Shown: piece by piece, positions 14,994 to 28,062 of the stretch
How positions within the stretch are numbered: position 1 is the first letter of the stretch
How the letters are laid out: every line of letters starts with the position of its first letter
DNA from: Octopus sinensis
Lineage: Eukaryota
Assembly (NCBI RefSeq): GCF_006345805.1
Contig: NC_043015.1
Location: 34,348,001 to 34,412,000 of the forward strand
Length of the DNA stretch: 64,000 nucleotides
Reading direction: 5' to 3'
Made by a program: the position numbers and the translations under genes
The notes under the pieces: generated by a model
Seen by the model: only the letters and a program-made list of their open reading frames with translations
The model's database searches: none
What the model was told of the DNA's origin: nothing

Positions 14994-16540
14994 TAAGGCA
15001 TAGAGACAGAAAACCATTTCAGCAGACAAACAAACAAATACACAAACACAGCAACAGTAACATTTAATAATATTTTTTACCATTATCTTAAGATTCTATT
15101 ATTATTGCTCTGTAAAAATATATTCTTTGAACAAAAAATAGAGGAAAATAGTCTCAGAATAGTTTAATTACAATTCTTGCTCCTCTGTACAAGCAATTGT
15201 CAGAAATGTGTCTTGCAGAATTTGGTTACCACCACATCCATTCGATTTCATTCAGACAATTCTTGGCTTATTTCATTCTTTAAAGCAACACGGGGAATTT
15301 AAATCTTCCATCTGGCTGAAAAAGCAATTAGATTAATTTTTATAGTCTTTCCTTTGAAATGGCATTGATCAAAAGTCTGGCAGAATTTGTTGAAAATAAA
15401 GATTTATAAACTCTCTGGATTTGTGTGAGTGTACAATTTGTGTAAGAAAATGCAAATATGTATCTGTGTGAATGTGTGTGTGTGTGTGAGAGAGAGAGGG
15501 GGGGGGGAGAAAGGGAGAGTGAGAGAGTCACAATTGGACACTGCTCCAAGATGCTCTATAAAACCATTTGTGACTGGAAGGACATCCAACTAAATAAACT
15601 AAATGAAAGATAAAGTGTCCAGGTGGGGCATAATTCCTCTCTCTGTTCTGAGAGGAGTGCAATTCTGAATAAGACTCAGATTGCGATTGTCCATTTATCC
15701 CATGCTACCATCGAAAGCAAACTCATGAGGATGATGATGATGACAATGATGGTGAGGATTATGGTGATGACGATGATGATGATAATGAGGATGATATTTA
15801 TACACTCTGAATTAGACTGACGTTGTTCATAAGACTTGAATATTAGATTCAGTCCTGGACAAAGTTGCATCAGTTTACCTGTCATAACAATTTCCAGTTC
15901 TATTTTCCAGTAGTAGAATGGTTAATTATAATCAGAGCATTTATCTGTAATCTGTACAATCAATCTTCCAAGTAAAAATATTTTATGTATTGCAGTATAA
16001 ATAAAAAGTTGTTAGTTGTTTTAGCTCTCCATCCCATTTTCTTGCTTTTTTCTTCTTTTTCTTTTTGCTTTTGTTTATTTCATTTAGCAATTTTAATATT
16101 TTCCTGGGGTTATTTGAGAGAAAAGATATTTGAAAGTAAAGAAATATCTGAAAAAAGTCAAATAATTTAGGCATAAATGTATGCTTCCATTTAGACTGCA
16201 GCTATGTCTCTAGCTGTATAAAATGGTCAGAAGACAGTGCCAGTGTCTTAGCAACCGTTCTTGGATTCTGTATTTCTTTCTGTATTTCAACTGATTTTTA
16301 GTTTTATAAGTATTTAGCTTCGAACAAAATAACATTACAGCTAGACTGGAAGACTGCAGGTCTATCATAACATCAACTACAGCTCATATTTAGTAGAATT
16401 GTATATAACTATTTATATATACACATAAAATGCCCCTGTCGCGATGTATATACCCGAGTATGTATGTGTTAGTGTTGTGTATGTATGCAGGTATGTACAA
16501 ATGCATGTGTTTGTGTATTCACAACTCATTGTATATATTA

Positions 16541-16601
<61 letters not shown>

Positions 16602-16985
16602 TATATATATAATATATATATATATATGTGAACATGTGCAATGTTCATGTCAGACATTATATGTATATATAATATACATATATATTTTTACACACACATG
16701 CACATACACACACACACATGCACATACACACACACACATGCACATACACACACACACATGCACATACACACACACACATGCACATACACACATACACATG
16801 CACACCATGCTTTATTTTTCTAGTTTCATTGCAATTAAAACATTTTATCATATTCTAATGTCACTCTGAAACTGAATGAAGTCTTCTTCGTTGCTCATTT
16901 TGTTAAACTTTACACAGAGAAATATCCTTATTACATTTTCAAAATATTTATTCCTATTATTACATGTGTGTGTGTGTGGTGTGTG

Positions 16986-17183
16986 TCCAGGGTATGACTC
17001 CTTCATGAACCACCTGATTTACAATACGGGTGACTAGACTATAACCCACACTGCCAGATATTTTAAGCATCTCATTGGTGATTCCTGATGGGACAAGAGC
17101 TTTGCCTGTCTTCATATTCCTAATTGTTTTATCTACCAGGGTACCGTCAATTTGGATAATTGGTCCCTCAGTTGGGTCAACTG
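16986..17183 (-). mobile_element. RTE LINE fragment (region just before the RT)
   Basis: VDPTEGPIIQIDGTLVDKTIRNMKTGKALVPSGITNEMLKISGSVGYSLVTRIVNQVVHEGVIP resembles the KAxGPxGI..EMLK...G.IP motif. Confidence 0.8.
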
Positions 17184-17188
17184 ATGAG

Positions 17189-17301
17189 GATGGTGGTGGT
17201 GGTGGTGAAGAAGAAGGAAGGAGGAGGAGGAGAAGAAGAAGAAGAAGAAGAAGAAGGAGGAGGAGGAGAAGGAGGAGGAGGAAAAGAAGAAGAAGAAGAA
17301 G

Positions 17302-17332
<31 letters not shown>

Positions 17333-17347
17333 GGCAGCAGCAGCAGC
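17189..17347. repeat. Trinucleotide run (GGT)n/(GGA)n/(GAA)n/(GCA)n
   Basis: Direct reading; explains the poly-L/R/E ORFs. Confidence 0.95.
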
Positions 17348-18185
17348 ACTGGCTTAGTATTCCTAATTGTTTTCAACTCCTTTACCTACTTCATTTTCAA
17401 GAGAGTCAGAATTATCATTTAACATAATTAGTGTCTACAATTATTTTTGACATCCCCTTCTTTCCCTTCTCCCTCCTCCTCTTCTTCATCATCAACGTCA
17501 TTGTTCTTGTTACCACTACAATATCTGAGAATAAAGAAGGATTTAAAGAAACCCCCCAAAGCAAACTGTTCAAGTCTAAACCATTCACAGAAGACAAACA
17601 TTAAAAATTGCTAGCTTTAATGGCTGACAAAATTCCTTTCACCAAAATTATAACTTTTATAGCCTTTATTATTTTTGATGAATTTTAAGAATCTCTACAA
17701 AATCAAGTAATTCAATTTTCATTTTGAAAACTTATCTAAGAAAATATTAACTTCATTAACTTAATGAAATTTTGTGATATTAAATTATATGGTTTAATTA
17801 TCTCCTACATATAATAAATATAGATTACTGTTGCTGTGTATTTGTCACTGGAATACAGTTCTTCAAAACTTACAGACTAAATATTTAACATTTACCAAAG
17901 CTAAAATGGATGATAAATGATGAAGATGATGAAAATTATGATGATAAATAGATTAGCAGAATCTTGGAATATTTATATTTAAACATTTACATTTTGAATT
18001 CAAATTCCACAGAGGTTGATGTTACCTATATTTTGGTCAAGCCAGCCCCGTCCTCTCAGGAAGTGTTTAAAACCTGTAAGGGGTGGTTAAATCCAAAGGT
18101 ACTCCTGGTGATTACCTGCGTAGGTACAGTGCTTGGTAAAAGGTATACAGCAGCAGGTAATTCAACGGTAAACTGTAGTTTAAAT

Positions 18186-18364
18186 TATATGCAAGAAGAA
18201 AATGAAGGAAGAATAACAGGAAGAATTTGGTCGTTTGCGCTAGTAAGCCATTAATTCAATTAATTACTACCACTTTTATTTATTAATTAATTAAATTAAT
18301 GGCTTACTGGTGCAAACGATCAACTTCTTCCTGTTATTTTTCCTCCATTTTCTTCTTGTATATA
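18186..18364. repeat. Long inverted repeat (~80-bp arms) abutting (TA)n
   Basis: 18186-18266 is the near reverse complement of 18284-18364, with a ~17-bp spacer. Confidence 0.9.
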
Positions 18365-18653
18365 TATATATATATGTATGTATGTATGTATGTCTATCTA
18401 TCTATCTATCTATCTATATATATATATATATATATATTGAGGCTATAAGAGGTAATGGTGTCATTGAGACCCAAAGGTGTCAGGTAATGCTGAATAAGTG
18501 TTATAGACAGACCATAGTTAAGTTCCAGGTTCGGTAATTTTGCGAATAAGGGATTCGACATTGTTTCTATGTCAGCTTGTGTATATAAGAATTTTTTGTG
18601 TTATGAGATAAAAACCCAAGGCTGTGTAGATATTAGAACATTTATAGATAGAA

Positions 18654-18700
18654 GGTCTTACAGCTGTTTCCAGGATATTTATTAATTATATCCCTTCATC
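18654..18700 (-). ncRNA. 5'-truncated type I hammerhead ribozyme motif
   Basis: Minus strand reads GATGA-a-gggatat(loop)atatcct-g-GAAAC-agct-GTA-agacc, with palindromic stem III ACAGCTGT. The CT of CTGATGA is lost at the junction with a SINE. Confidence 0.6.
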
Positions 18701-19040
18701 GACCCCAGAACATAATCTTTGTAAGCCTTTGTACTTATTCTATTGGTCTCATTTGCTGAACTGCTAAGTTACGGGGACGTACACACACCAGCATCGGTTG
18801 TCAAGTGATGTTGGGAGGACAAACACAGACACACAAACATATACACACACATACATATACATATATATACAGATACACGACGGGCTTCTTCCAGTTTTCG
18901 TCTGCCAAATCCACTCACAAGGCTTTGGTCAGCCTGAGGCTATAGTAGAAGACGCTTCTCCAAGGTGCCACGCAGTGGAACTGAACCCACGATCATGTGG
19001 TTGGTAAGCAAGCTATTTACCACAAAGCCACTCCTGCACC
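18698..19040 (-). mobile_element. tRNA-derived SINE (same family as 13408-13871)
   Basis: Colinear similarity with 13470-13871, including the head gcaggagtggctttgtggtaaatagcttgcttaccaacc. Confidence 0.85.
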
Positions 19041-21602
19041 TATAAAATATATAAAATACATGAATTCATGTATGTGTGTGTGTGTGTATGTGTGTGTGTG
19101 TCTGTGTCTGTGTGTGTGTGTCTGTGTGTGTGTGTGTGTCTGTTTATGCATTTGTCTATATAAGTGTGCTACAAGTGTGTCTGATGTGTATATAGGTGCT
19201 GATTGATGAATCTATGGAAAGGTGTATATGGTAAGAAAAGATAGGTTTGTTAAGTGAACAGTCCCTGCTGGCAGAAAGTGGGTGGGGTGGGAAGCAGCCT
19301 CAGTCTTGGAGAAGAAAAATCGTTTAAGTAAAGTGAGAAATATGATGGAGGGTTTTTACTTTAGATAAACATCAAAGAAATTGTTCACTTTTATTTAAAT
19401 TTCACACACACACACACACAAATACACACACGCACACAAATACACACACACACACAAACACACCACACTACACACACCACACACACATACATATACACAT
19501 ACATACACTCACGCTTGTATACAGAGTAAATAACCCCAAAATGGCTAATTCATATGCTTAAAGCTTGAGCAAATCTACCTGTTATCTCTCTCTCTCTCTC
19601 TCTCTCACTCTCACTATCTCTCTCTTACTATCTCTGTCTCTCTCTCTATGAGCATATGTTATGATTTATAACAAGCAGTAAAAAGTTGTCATTAGAGCAG
19701 GTGTGTATTATTATCGTTTCCTTCTTTTCTTTTTCTACCTATTAGAGTAACTTCCCTTTTACTCAATGGTTTTTCAAAGTGTCTGTTGCCATTGACAGCC
19801 AATGAGAATACATTGCAGCTCTTCATTCCGACATTCGAAACTCCGAGTACTATAATGACAACTTTTTACTGTTACTATTTTTAAAAAATGGTAAAAAGAC
19901 CGTATATATGATATCTAGCAATACAACCTTATTTGATGATATTAGCAGAAAAATGAACTGCAAAGGGAATAATCCCAAATTATGGCTCTTCATGAAAACA
20001 CCTGTATAATGCATCAGCAGATTGCAAACAGAAATGGAAATGAAGTGAAGCAGTGATACATGTATTATTAAACAGTAGAAAAACACAAGAAGTGCAAACG
20101 CTTGATTCCAAAATTGTGGTGGTCACAGACTGAATATTATCCAGTGTAAATTTGAAGGGATTACAAAAAGGAGAAAGCAGTGGAAAATCTTTGCAGGTCA
20201 TTGTTCCTTGATTCTCCAGACAAATATGAAGTCTTCCACAATGACACAACTTTGCAACATAGTCATTAACATCATCTCAGACACCGTTCCCACCATTCTA
20301 GAAGAATCAGCTGATAAATATACATGAAGTTGGGTAGAAAATCTTCAGTTCTTGATCTGGATTGCATGAACAGCATTAATAAGAAGAATAAATTCCAACT
20401 GAGATTATCTGATAATTGCTCAATAATGTGTTATGTCTGCTGATAAGAGATTACAATAAATGGTGACATTAATTCTAAAATTTCTATAAATCTCTTCAAT
20501 ACTGGCTGGACATAAATTTCAGACAGAATTCTTTAGAAAATCTTTGCCTTAACACAGAATTATTTTCATGAAAGTATATTTTCATCTGCCATCATAGCAT
20601 TATGATCGTCTTCTTGTCACCATCACCATCATTATTATCATCATCATCATCCACAGCCCCTACTCCACTTAAAAACTAACAAATTCCATGAGAGCAACAT
20701 TTCAATGGTGAGGGAGTTCATTGCTCAGCTCTTTAGCATAACTGATAGCTCCACTAAATACCTTTCAGCCAGCTGAATTCTCTAACACCTTGGTTTAAAT
20801 GATACTGACAATCACGGGTGTCTCGTATTTACTCTAGGGACCGCTTCTCCACAAGGAATGAATACACACCGCAACACACCTCAGCTTTCCTTCACTCTGC
20901 TCTCCATCTTTTATTTTCATGTTCATCTATGTCTTTATGGTGTGGCATGGCTTGTATGTACTTGTGTTATACATGTATATATTTGTGTGTGTGTGTGTGC
21001 TCATATCTACATAGACACACACACACACACACATGCGTGTATGCATACATTGATTAGAAGCATATTTGAACTGGTAACAACCTTGTATTTATACACATCA
21101 CAGCTTAGCACTTTGGCATTGTAATTTGTTTTCTGGTGAGCCACTGATAAGCACAACTAGTTCATCCTGTCTGATTTCTGTGACTGAAGAGAAAACCACG
21201 GCACCAAAATGTTTGCATCTCACAGTCTGAGTAGGTGGCGCTGCCAGCTAATTCTGAAGTATTTACACCTTTTGTCTTCAGCAAGAAATTTTCTCTGTGA
21301 CAAAACACAGTGACTAGCTTTCTTACAAGTTCAAATATGCCCCCCAAGTTTACTTGAACTGGTTCTAAACTTGTACTTACACACATCATTGCTTAGTGCT
21401 GACCCTGCATAATATATATACATATATATATATTCTATCCTATCAGCTAAGCTATTTATTATTCTCTAAAACCCCTTCCATTGTTCTTCTTATTTGTGAT
21501 TTGTAGTCACATATGTCACCCACCACTAATCCTTCCCCAATCTCCCTTTCAACAACCACTCAACTACCACTACTTCTGTCTCTCTTGTGACAACCACCAC
21601 CA

Positions 21603-21648
<46 letters not shown>

Positions 21649-22565
21649 CTTCTCTCTCTCCCCATCTCTCTCTCTCTCTCTCACTCTCTCATCCTGTCCT
21701 GTCAGACAATGTACAATTATCCAAAACATATTCTTCATTCCTCTCACTTACTGAACATACTGAACTGTTCTTTGAACAAATTGCTGCCAATGCCACAGAC
21801 CATCACCAATTTTCTCGGAATCCAAACTTAATCATGTGATATCTGGAGTTAAAAAAAAAACACAACTTGCTATAAAAGCACCAAATAAAGTCCAACCACA
21901 GCAGTTTGGGGAAAATATATTTCCACAGATTCAAAAATTCTTCTTTTATCTTAAAAGCCTTTCGTGTGTTTTCGGAATTGAAACCAACATAACATTTTAC
22001 TTGAGTTACTGATATTAATACCAATATGCTAGCACCAGGTTGCACTGATGACACTAAATTCTTCCACTTAATACCTGTACCAGATGCTTTTTCCTATCAC
22101 ATTAAAAATCTAACGTCAACTGAAACGCGCTGTAAACTTCGACTTTGAATTAATGGAAAAGGTGTCAAATTCATGTTGAGGTATGTCTGATTGATCAATG
22201 AATTTTCCAGAAACTGTAATTGTCACCAATTCTTGCCGTGTAACACAGCACTACTTCACCATAGTCTCCAGCAACAGAATCTACTGAACTGTCAAATGAA
22301 TTGTCTCTTCCCTTTGATATTTTGTCTTTGTTTTTTTGAAATTAAAAGAATTGGTTACATTTATTACAGATATGGAAGTGTAAGTTACTGGTGATGATGG
22401 TAGTTGTGGTGGCATTGGTGGTGTTGGAGTGGGGGTGTTGTGGTACTAGGTATCTTATACATCAGGTGAAGGATTAACCCTTTCAGTCCTGAATGTGGGG
22501 AGATTAATGTGTTTGCTTGAGCCTCACATCCAGAACATATAACGTCTCAAATAAAAACTGCTGAA

Positions 22566-22735
22566 TATGTGCAGAAAAAAGGTTGCTTACCAAACACATG
22601 GTCCCAAATTCAGTCTGACTGCATAGTATCTTGGGCAAGTGTCTGCTACAATAGCCTGGAGCTGACCAAATCCTTGTGGTAAACAAGAAACTGAACTGGA
22701 TTTGGTAAACAGAAATTGAAAGAAGCCCATTGTGT
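22566..22735 (+). mobile_element. tRNA-derived SINE 5' half followed by (AAT)n
   Basis: ttgcttaccaaacacatggtccc...cttgggcaagtgtc...ggatttggtaaacagaaattgaaagaagccc is the reverse complement of 13710-13850. Confidence 0.7.
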
Positions 22736-22737
22736 GT

Positions 22738-22801
<64 letters not shown>

Positions 22802-23544
22802 GTAACAACAAAAGAATGAGACCTTGATATTAGATAAATAGAGGATTATTCATATATGTCATAATTTAGAACAAACAGTAAAAAGTTGTCATTATAGTAC
22901 TCAGAGTTTCAAATGTTGGAGCAAAGAGCTACAATACATTCTTATTCACAGCAGCAGACACAGTGAAAATCTGTTGAATAAAAGGGAAGTTACTCTAATC
23001 GGTAGAAAAAGAAAAAAGAAAAAAGATAAAAAATACACGTAACCATATTCTCACAATATACAGACATAAACCTCCTGCGTTCACAATGTTTACATACATA
23101 CGCACTCACACAAACATGTATACATACATGCACATACACACACGCAAATATGTGTATGTACGTACTAATACATACATATCCACATGCACACATGTATATA
23201 TAGATATATATGTATATGTGTACGCAACCTCATCCTCATATGCATATAGGTGCTCACATGCATACACATAACATAATACATATATGTTTAGACATTTATA
23301 CATATAAATAAAGATATATATATATATATATATACAGACATACATTCACACTCCTACATATATACAAATATAAGCATATCCATATAAATGAAGGGGCCAT
23401 GTGCATGAAAGTCGCACATATGCACTGGACACAGTCTTAAACTCATATATATACATATACACATACACACAAACACATGTATACATATAATATATATACA
23501 TACGTATACATATACACACAGATGTACACACTCTATTTACTAGC

Positions 23545-24068
23545 TTTGACTGAGGTCTGGAAAGCCAGTGGCTGCACCAGGCCCCAGTCAAATCTGAAAA
23601 TATTTCTACAGCTGCATGCCCTTCCTAGCGCCAACAACTCTGAGAGTGCAGTGGGTGCATTTTACATGTTACCAGCATGGGAGCCAGTCAGGTGGCCTTG
23701 GCATCATTCACGTTTGGATAGTGCTTTTTACATGTCACTGGCACAGGAGCAAGTCAGGGGGCACCGGTATCGACCACATTTAGACGGTGCTTTTTACATG
23801 TCACTGGCACAGGAGCCAGTCAGGAGCACTGGCCACAGCTACGATTTTGGTTTTACTTGGCTCAACAGGTCTTCTCAAACATATCGTATTGCCAGATGCA
23901 TCAAGTGTACTTTTAAAAGGGCTGGAGATGCAACACTGGCATCCTCCATAGCTGCAATCTCACTTTAGTTGCTGGGTCTTCTCAATCACAGCATATCTCC
24001 AAAGGTCTCAGTCTCATGTCATTGCCTCTGTAAGGCCCAACATTCGAAGGTCATGCGTCACCACCTCA
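23545..24068 (-). mobile_element. RTE LINE 3' end: end of ORF plus 3' UTR with ~60-bp internal repeats
   Basis: Minus strand EVVTHDLRMLGLTEAM...DLWRYAVIEKT continues the RTE end seen at 27120. The UTR has three copies of the gtgctttttacatgtcactggcacaggagc-like unit and aligns with 30060-30375. Confidence 0.75.
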
Positions 24069-24599
24069 GTACTCTCTGGGCTTTCCCCTGAGTTTCAGCT
24101 TCCATGAAATTCTCTATTCTCCATAAAAAGTATTTAAATTTATTCTAACCATGCTATTAGTTGTTGCAACTTCCAAAGTTTGCAACAGGTCAGCCCAAAG
24201 AGGGTGCATTAGCAATGAAGCCAAATATAAGATAATTTAGTTTATGTTTAGACTCCATAGATCACACCCATCCTTTAATAGTGCCTTCTGTCTCAGTAGA
24301 ACAGGTTTCAATATTCAATTTTCTAAAAAAAACTGTCAGTAGCAATCATTGTTCAATTCACTTAAAAACATATCAAAAATTCCAAAATAAGCTAATCACA
24401 TTGAAAATATATAATTAATTTTGTCTTATTTAATCTGGTAGCAGTGTTTTTGTTGTGGCTTCAATAAAATGTTGATTTTTATGACTTCTTGTGAATGTGC
24501 TCATTCGAATCAAGACAAACTTTGTCATTCATCTGAATCTCAAGAGACCATTCCATCACTAGTCTCAGTGGAAATCTATGATGTGTCTGACAGAAGTCA

Positions 24600-24830
24600 T
24601 ATCATCATCATCATCATCATTTAACATTCACCTTCCATGCTGGCATGGGTTGGACAGTTTGACAGGGGCTGGCCAGGTAGGAGCCTGCACCAGACTTTTG
24701 TGTCTGTTTTGGCAGGGTTTTCATGGCTGGATGCCCTTCCAAACACCAACCCCTTGAGAGCAGCGTGGACTGGATGCTTTTTAAGTGGCATCAGCACTGG
24801 CAAAGTCACCAGGTAACTGGCAAGACCAAA
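24600..24830 (-). mobile_element. RTE-family 3' UTR with (GAT)n tail
   Basis: (atc)n-tttaacattcaccttccatgctggcatgggttggac...ggctggatgcccttcc matches 30000-30150. Confidence 0.65.
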
Positions 24831-25137
24831 ATCCTTTGAGAGGAGAAGATCTTGTGACAGATGATGAAAGGTTATAGAGAGACAGAAACAGGTATTTTAC
24901 TGTAGGGAGGTACATGATTACCTGGAGAGAGAGAGAGGGAGAGGGAGAGGGAGAGGGAGAGACAGAGACAGGCAGACAGAAATGAGGACAGAAACAGGTG
25001 CGCTTTTGTAAAGGAAGAACATGATTGCCCAACCTGAGAGAAGAGCAGGAGAAGGGGAGAGAGAGTGGGAGAGTGTGTACATAGCTTACCCTGGGTACAC
25101 TGTATGGAATTTCTGTTTACACCTTACCTACAAATTG

Positions 25138-25436
25138 AACAGGGCCACCTACCTGAGTGGGGTAGGGTCCTGTCGGTTTTTCTTGCTTACTGGGACCTTA
25201 GACTTTGATAAGTTAACCTTAAGGCACTTACATTCCAGGTTTTGCTTCCACACCTGGAATTTCTCTTCTAGCTCTGATATGGAATCTGCTACGAAAACAA
25301 GATCATCAACATATAGTAGTTCCCAGGAGCTGCCAGTCTTGAATTCCTCTGTTATGGCCTGAAGGACAATGTTGAAAAGGAGGGGACTAAGGATTGAGCC
25401 TTGATGAATCCCAACCTGTACACCAAATTCTTTGCT
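25138..25436 (-). mobile_element. RTE reverse transcriptase fragment
   Basis: GVQVGIHQGSILSPLLF...WELLYVDDLV...LKVNLSKSK contains the QG..LSP and YxDD RT motifs. Confidence 0.9.
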
Positions 25437-26281
25437 GCACACACACACACACACATATATACATATATATATACACACTACTAGGGAGTAGGTAGTGGAG
25501 AATACTAAGCATAGATGGGGTTAGTCTATTTGCTAGTAATAACAACTAAATCTCCTTTAAATTACTTAAATCATGTAATAAAAAGAATGCATTGGCAAAT
25601 GTAGTCTTAGAACATAACAAGAACCCCTTTACTGACAGATCTGTGGATCCGGCCTCAGCTGGGGTTCAATAACAATACTAACAACAACAACAAATGATGC
25701 AATTCAAAATATCTTTGATAGCCTTCAGCATTATGGAATATATTTGTACCATAATTTGATGAGGAAGAATATTTCCTGCCATTTTCATTAGTTCTGAAAT
25801 TATTTCATCTATTCCTCTCATTTTGGATAATTAACGAGAAATTACAGAGTTCACCGGATTTTGATTGTATTTTAAATAAAAGACATTGAAAAATGTGATT
25901 TCTAATTGATTCTTGGAAGAATTCTGCCAAAAATATTTCTAATCTTATGATGGGAGAATATTCTGTTAAGATTCTCATTAATTCTTCATTAATTCCATTG
26001 AAATTGATAACAATGATGATGATGATGATGATGATGACAGTCATTATGATAATGTAACACTGAGCTAAACAGTTATAATGAAAGTGGTGGGGTGGCGGTG
26101 ATGGTGGTAGTGGTGTTGTTGTTGTTGTTGGTGGTGGTGGTGTCGGTGATGGTGGTGGTGGTGGTGGTGGTGCTGCTGCTGCTGCTGCTACCGCCAACGA
26201 TGACGATGATATTATATTTTTACTTAAAGGTTTTCCAATCATTTGTCACAAAGAATGATGAACCACTGACAAGATATGCAG

Positions 26282-26652
26282 ATATTCTAGAATAACAGAA
26301 TACTTTCAGAGAATCACATTTTTGACAAACATACATAGACATATTCCAGAATAACAGAATACTTTCAGAGAATCACATTTTTGACAAACATACAAAGACA
26401 TATTCCAGAATAACAGAATACTTTCAGAGAATCACATTTTTGACAAACATACATAGACATATTCCAGAATAACAGAATACTTTCAGAGAATCACATTTTT
26501 GACAAACATACATAGACATATTCCAGAATAACAGAATACTTTCAGAGAATCACATTTTTGACAAACATACATAGACATATTCCAGAATAACAGAATACTT
26601 TCAGAGAATCACATTTTTGACAAACATACATAGACATATTCCAGAATAACAG
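26282..26652. repeat. 59-bp minisatellite, ~6.3 near-identical copies
   Basis: Unit atattccagaataacagaatactttcagagaatcacatttttgacaaacatacatagac recurs at 26282, 26341, 26400, 26459, 26518, 26577 and 26636. Confidence 0.95.
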
Positions 26653-26744
26653 AGAGAATCATAGATTGACAAGATGTCCATACATTCTAGACTAACAAAA
26701 CTTTCCAAGAATTTTAACATTTACTGACCCAGAATTACTCTTTA

Positions 26745-27140
26745 GAAAGCTCCTACCCCTACTGGTGACAAAAGATCTCTCGCTCAGAGTGAAAGGTAGA
26801 CTGTGCAACGCATGTGTGCGAACTGCCATGCTTCACGGTAGTGAAACATGGGCTGTGACTGCAGCGGACATGTGTAGGCTTGAAAGAAATGAAGCTAGCA
26901 TGATCTGCTGGATGTGTAATGTCAGTGTGCACACACGACAGAATGTAAGTGTCCTGAGAGAAATGCTAGACATAAGAAGCATCAGATGTGGCGTGCAAGA
27001 GAGACGTCTGTGCTGGTATGGTCATGTACTGCGGATGGATGAAGAGAGATGTGTGAAGAAGTGCCACTCCCAAACAGTTGAAGGAATCCAGGGTAGAGGT
27101 AGACCCAGGAAGATATGGGATGAGGTGGTCAAGCATGTCC
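26745..27140 (+). mobile_element. RTE LINE C-terminal fragment
   Basis: KGRLCNACVRTAMLHGSETW...RRLCWYGHVLRM...GRGRPRKIWDEVVK. Confidence 0.9.
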
Positions 27141-27175
27141 TTATCCATAGGCATCACATGACCATACTAACATAG

Positions 27176-28062
27176 CTTCCCTCTTACACATTACATCTGA
27201 TGCCACTTATACCCAATTTTTGTCGTAAAATATTTTCACTCTCTTTTACTTGCATGCTGAAATTACACACTTAGTAGAGCTTGTTGGCTTCATTTCTTTC
27301 AACCATTCACATCTCCTATGCAGTAACAGCCCATGCTTCACTGCCATGTCGTAATCTGTCCATTCTCAGCTCCCTGAACTTTGCCCAGCTGATTCTTATT
27401 CTAGCAATTACTCTTTCAGAGCAACTTCTACCACTTCTAATTTGATTACCTATGTAACAAAACTATTTACTACCTCTAAGGCAGGGGTTCCCAAACTTTT
27501 TAGACCATTGACCCCCTTCATGGAATCCTTGACCCTTCATTGACCCCTAAGTATGTACAAGAAAATAAATAAATAATAATGATAATTAAGTAGATGCGCA
27601 TTATTGACCCCACGGGTCAATATCAACCACATTGGAGACCCTTGCTCTAAGGTTTCTCTTGGATACATGAGGAAATTTATTTCTTGTATATTCTTAGTGT
27701 TTATTGTAGCAGCCTGTCTGCCACACGCAAAGACTATTTTCTTTGTTAATCTTCCTGTGATTCCACTGCACCTCTTACGTGTCCATAGATTGCACTAGGT
27801 ATACCAATGAAATTTCTACCAACACCTTTCCTACATATCTCTGAAGAGATTAGTAATTTGTCTGTTTCCTGCTGACTAGTTTTAGCTAAATTAACTTTAA
27901 GGTTCTTAAATTCCAGTCTTTGCTTCTATACCTGACATTTTACCTCTAATAGAGATTCTACTATAAGAATAATGTCATGGGCATAGAGGGGCTCCCAAGA
28001 GTAACTAGTCTTAAATTCCTCTGTTATGGCCTGGAGGACTATGATAAACAAAAGGGGCCTGA
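27176..28062 (-). mobile_element. Decayed RTE LINE (RT to C-terminus), interrupted by a hAT MITE
   Basis: PLLFIIVLQAITEEFKTSYSWEPLYAHD, then a Cys-rich segment, then LEVVNSF..IGNQI..RIRISWAKFREL and HGSEAWAVT. Confidence 0.8.
27482..27644. mobile_element. hAT (Charlie-like) MITE, 163 bp
   Basis: Imperfect TIRs caggggttcccaaa / attggagacccttg and a perfect 8-bp TSD ctctaagg at 27474-27481 and 27645-27652. Confidence 0.9.

Noticed and set aside
26282-26652. Regular repeat array as a possible CRISPR
   Set aside because: Head-to-tail identical units without unique spacers, no cas genes, and a eukaryotic context.
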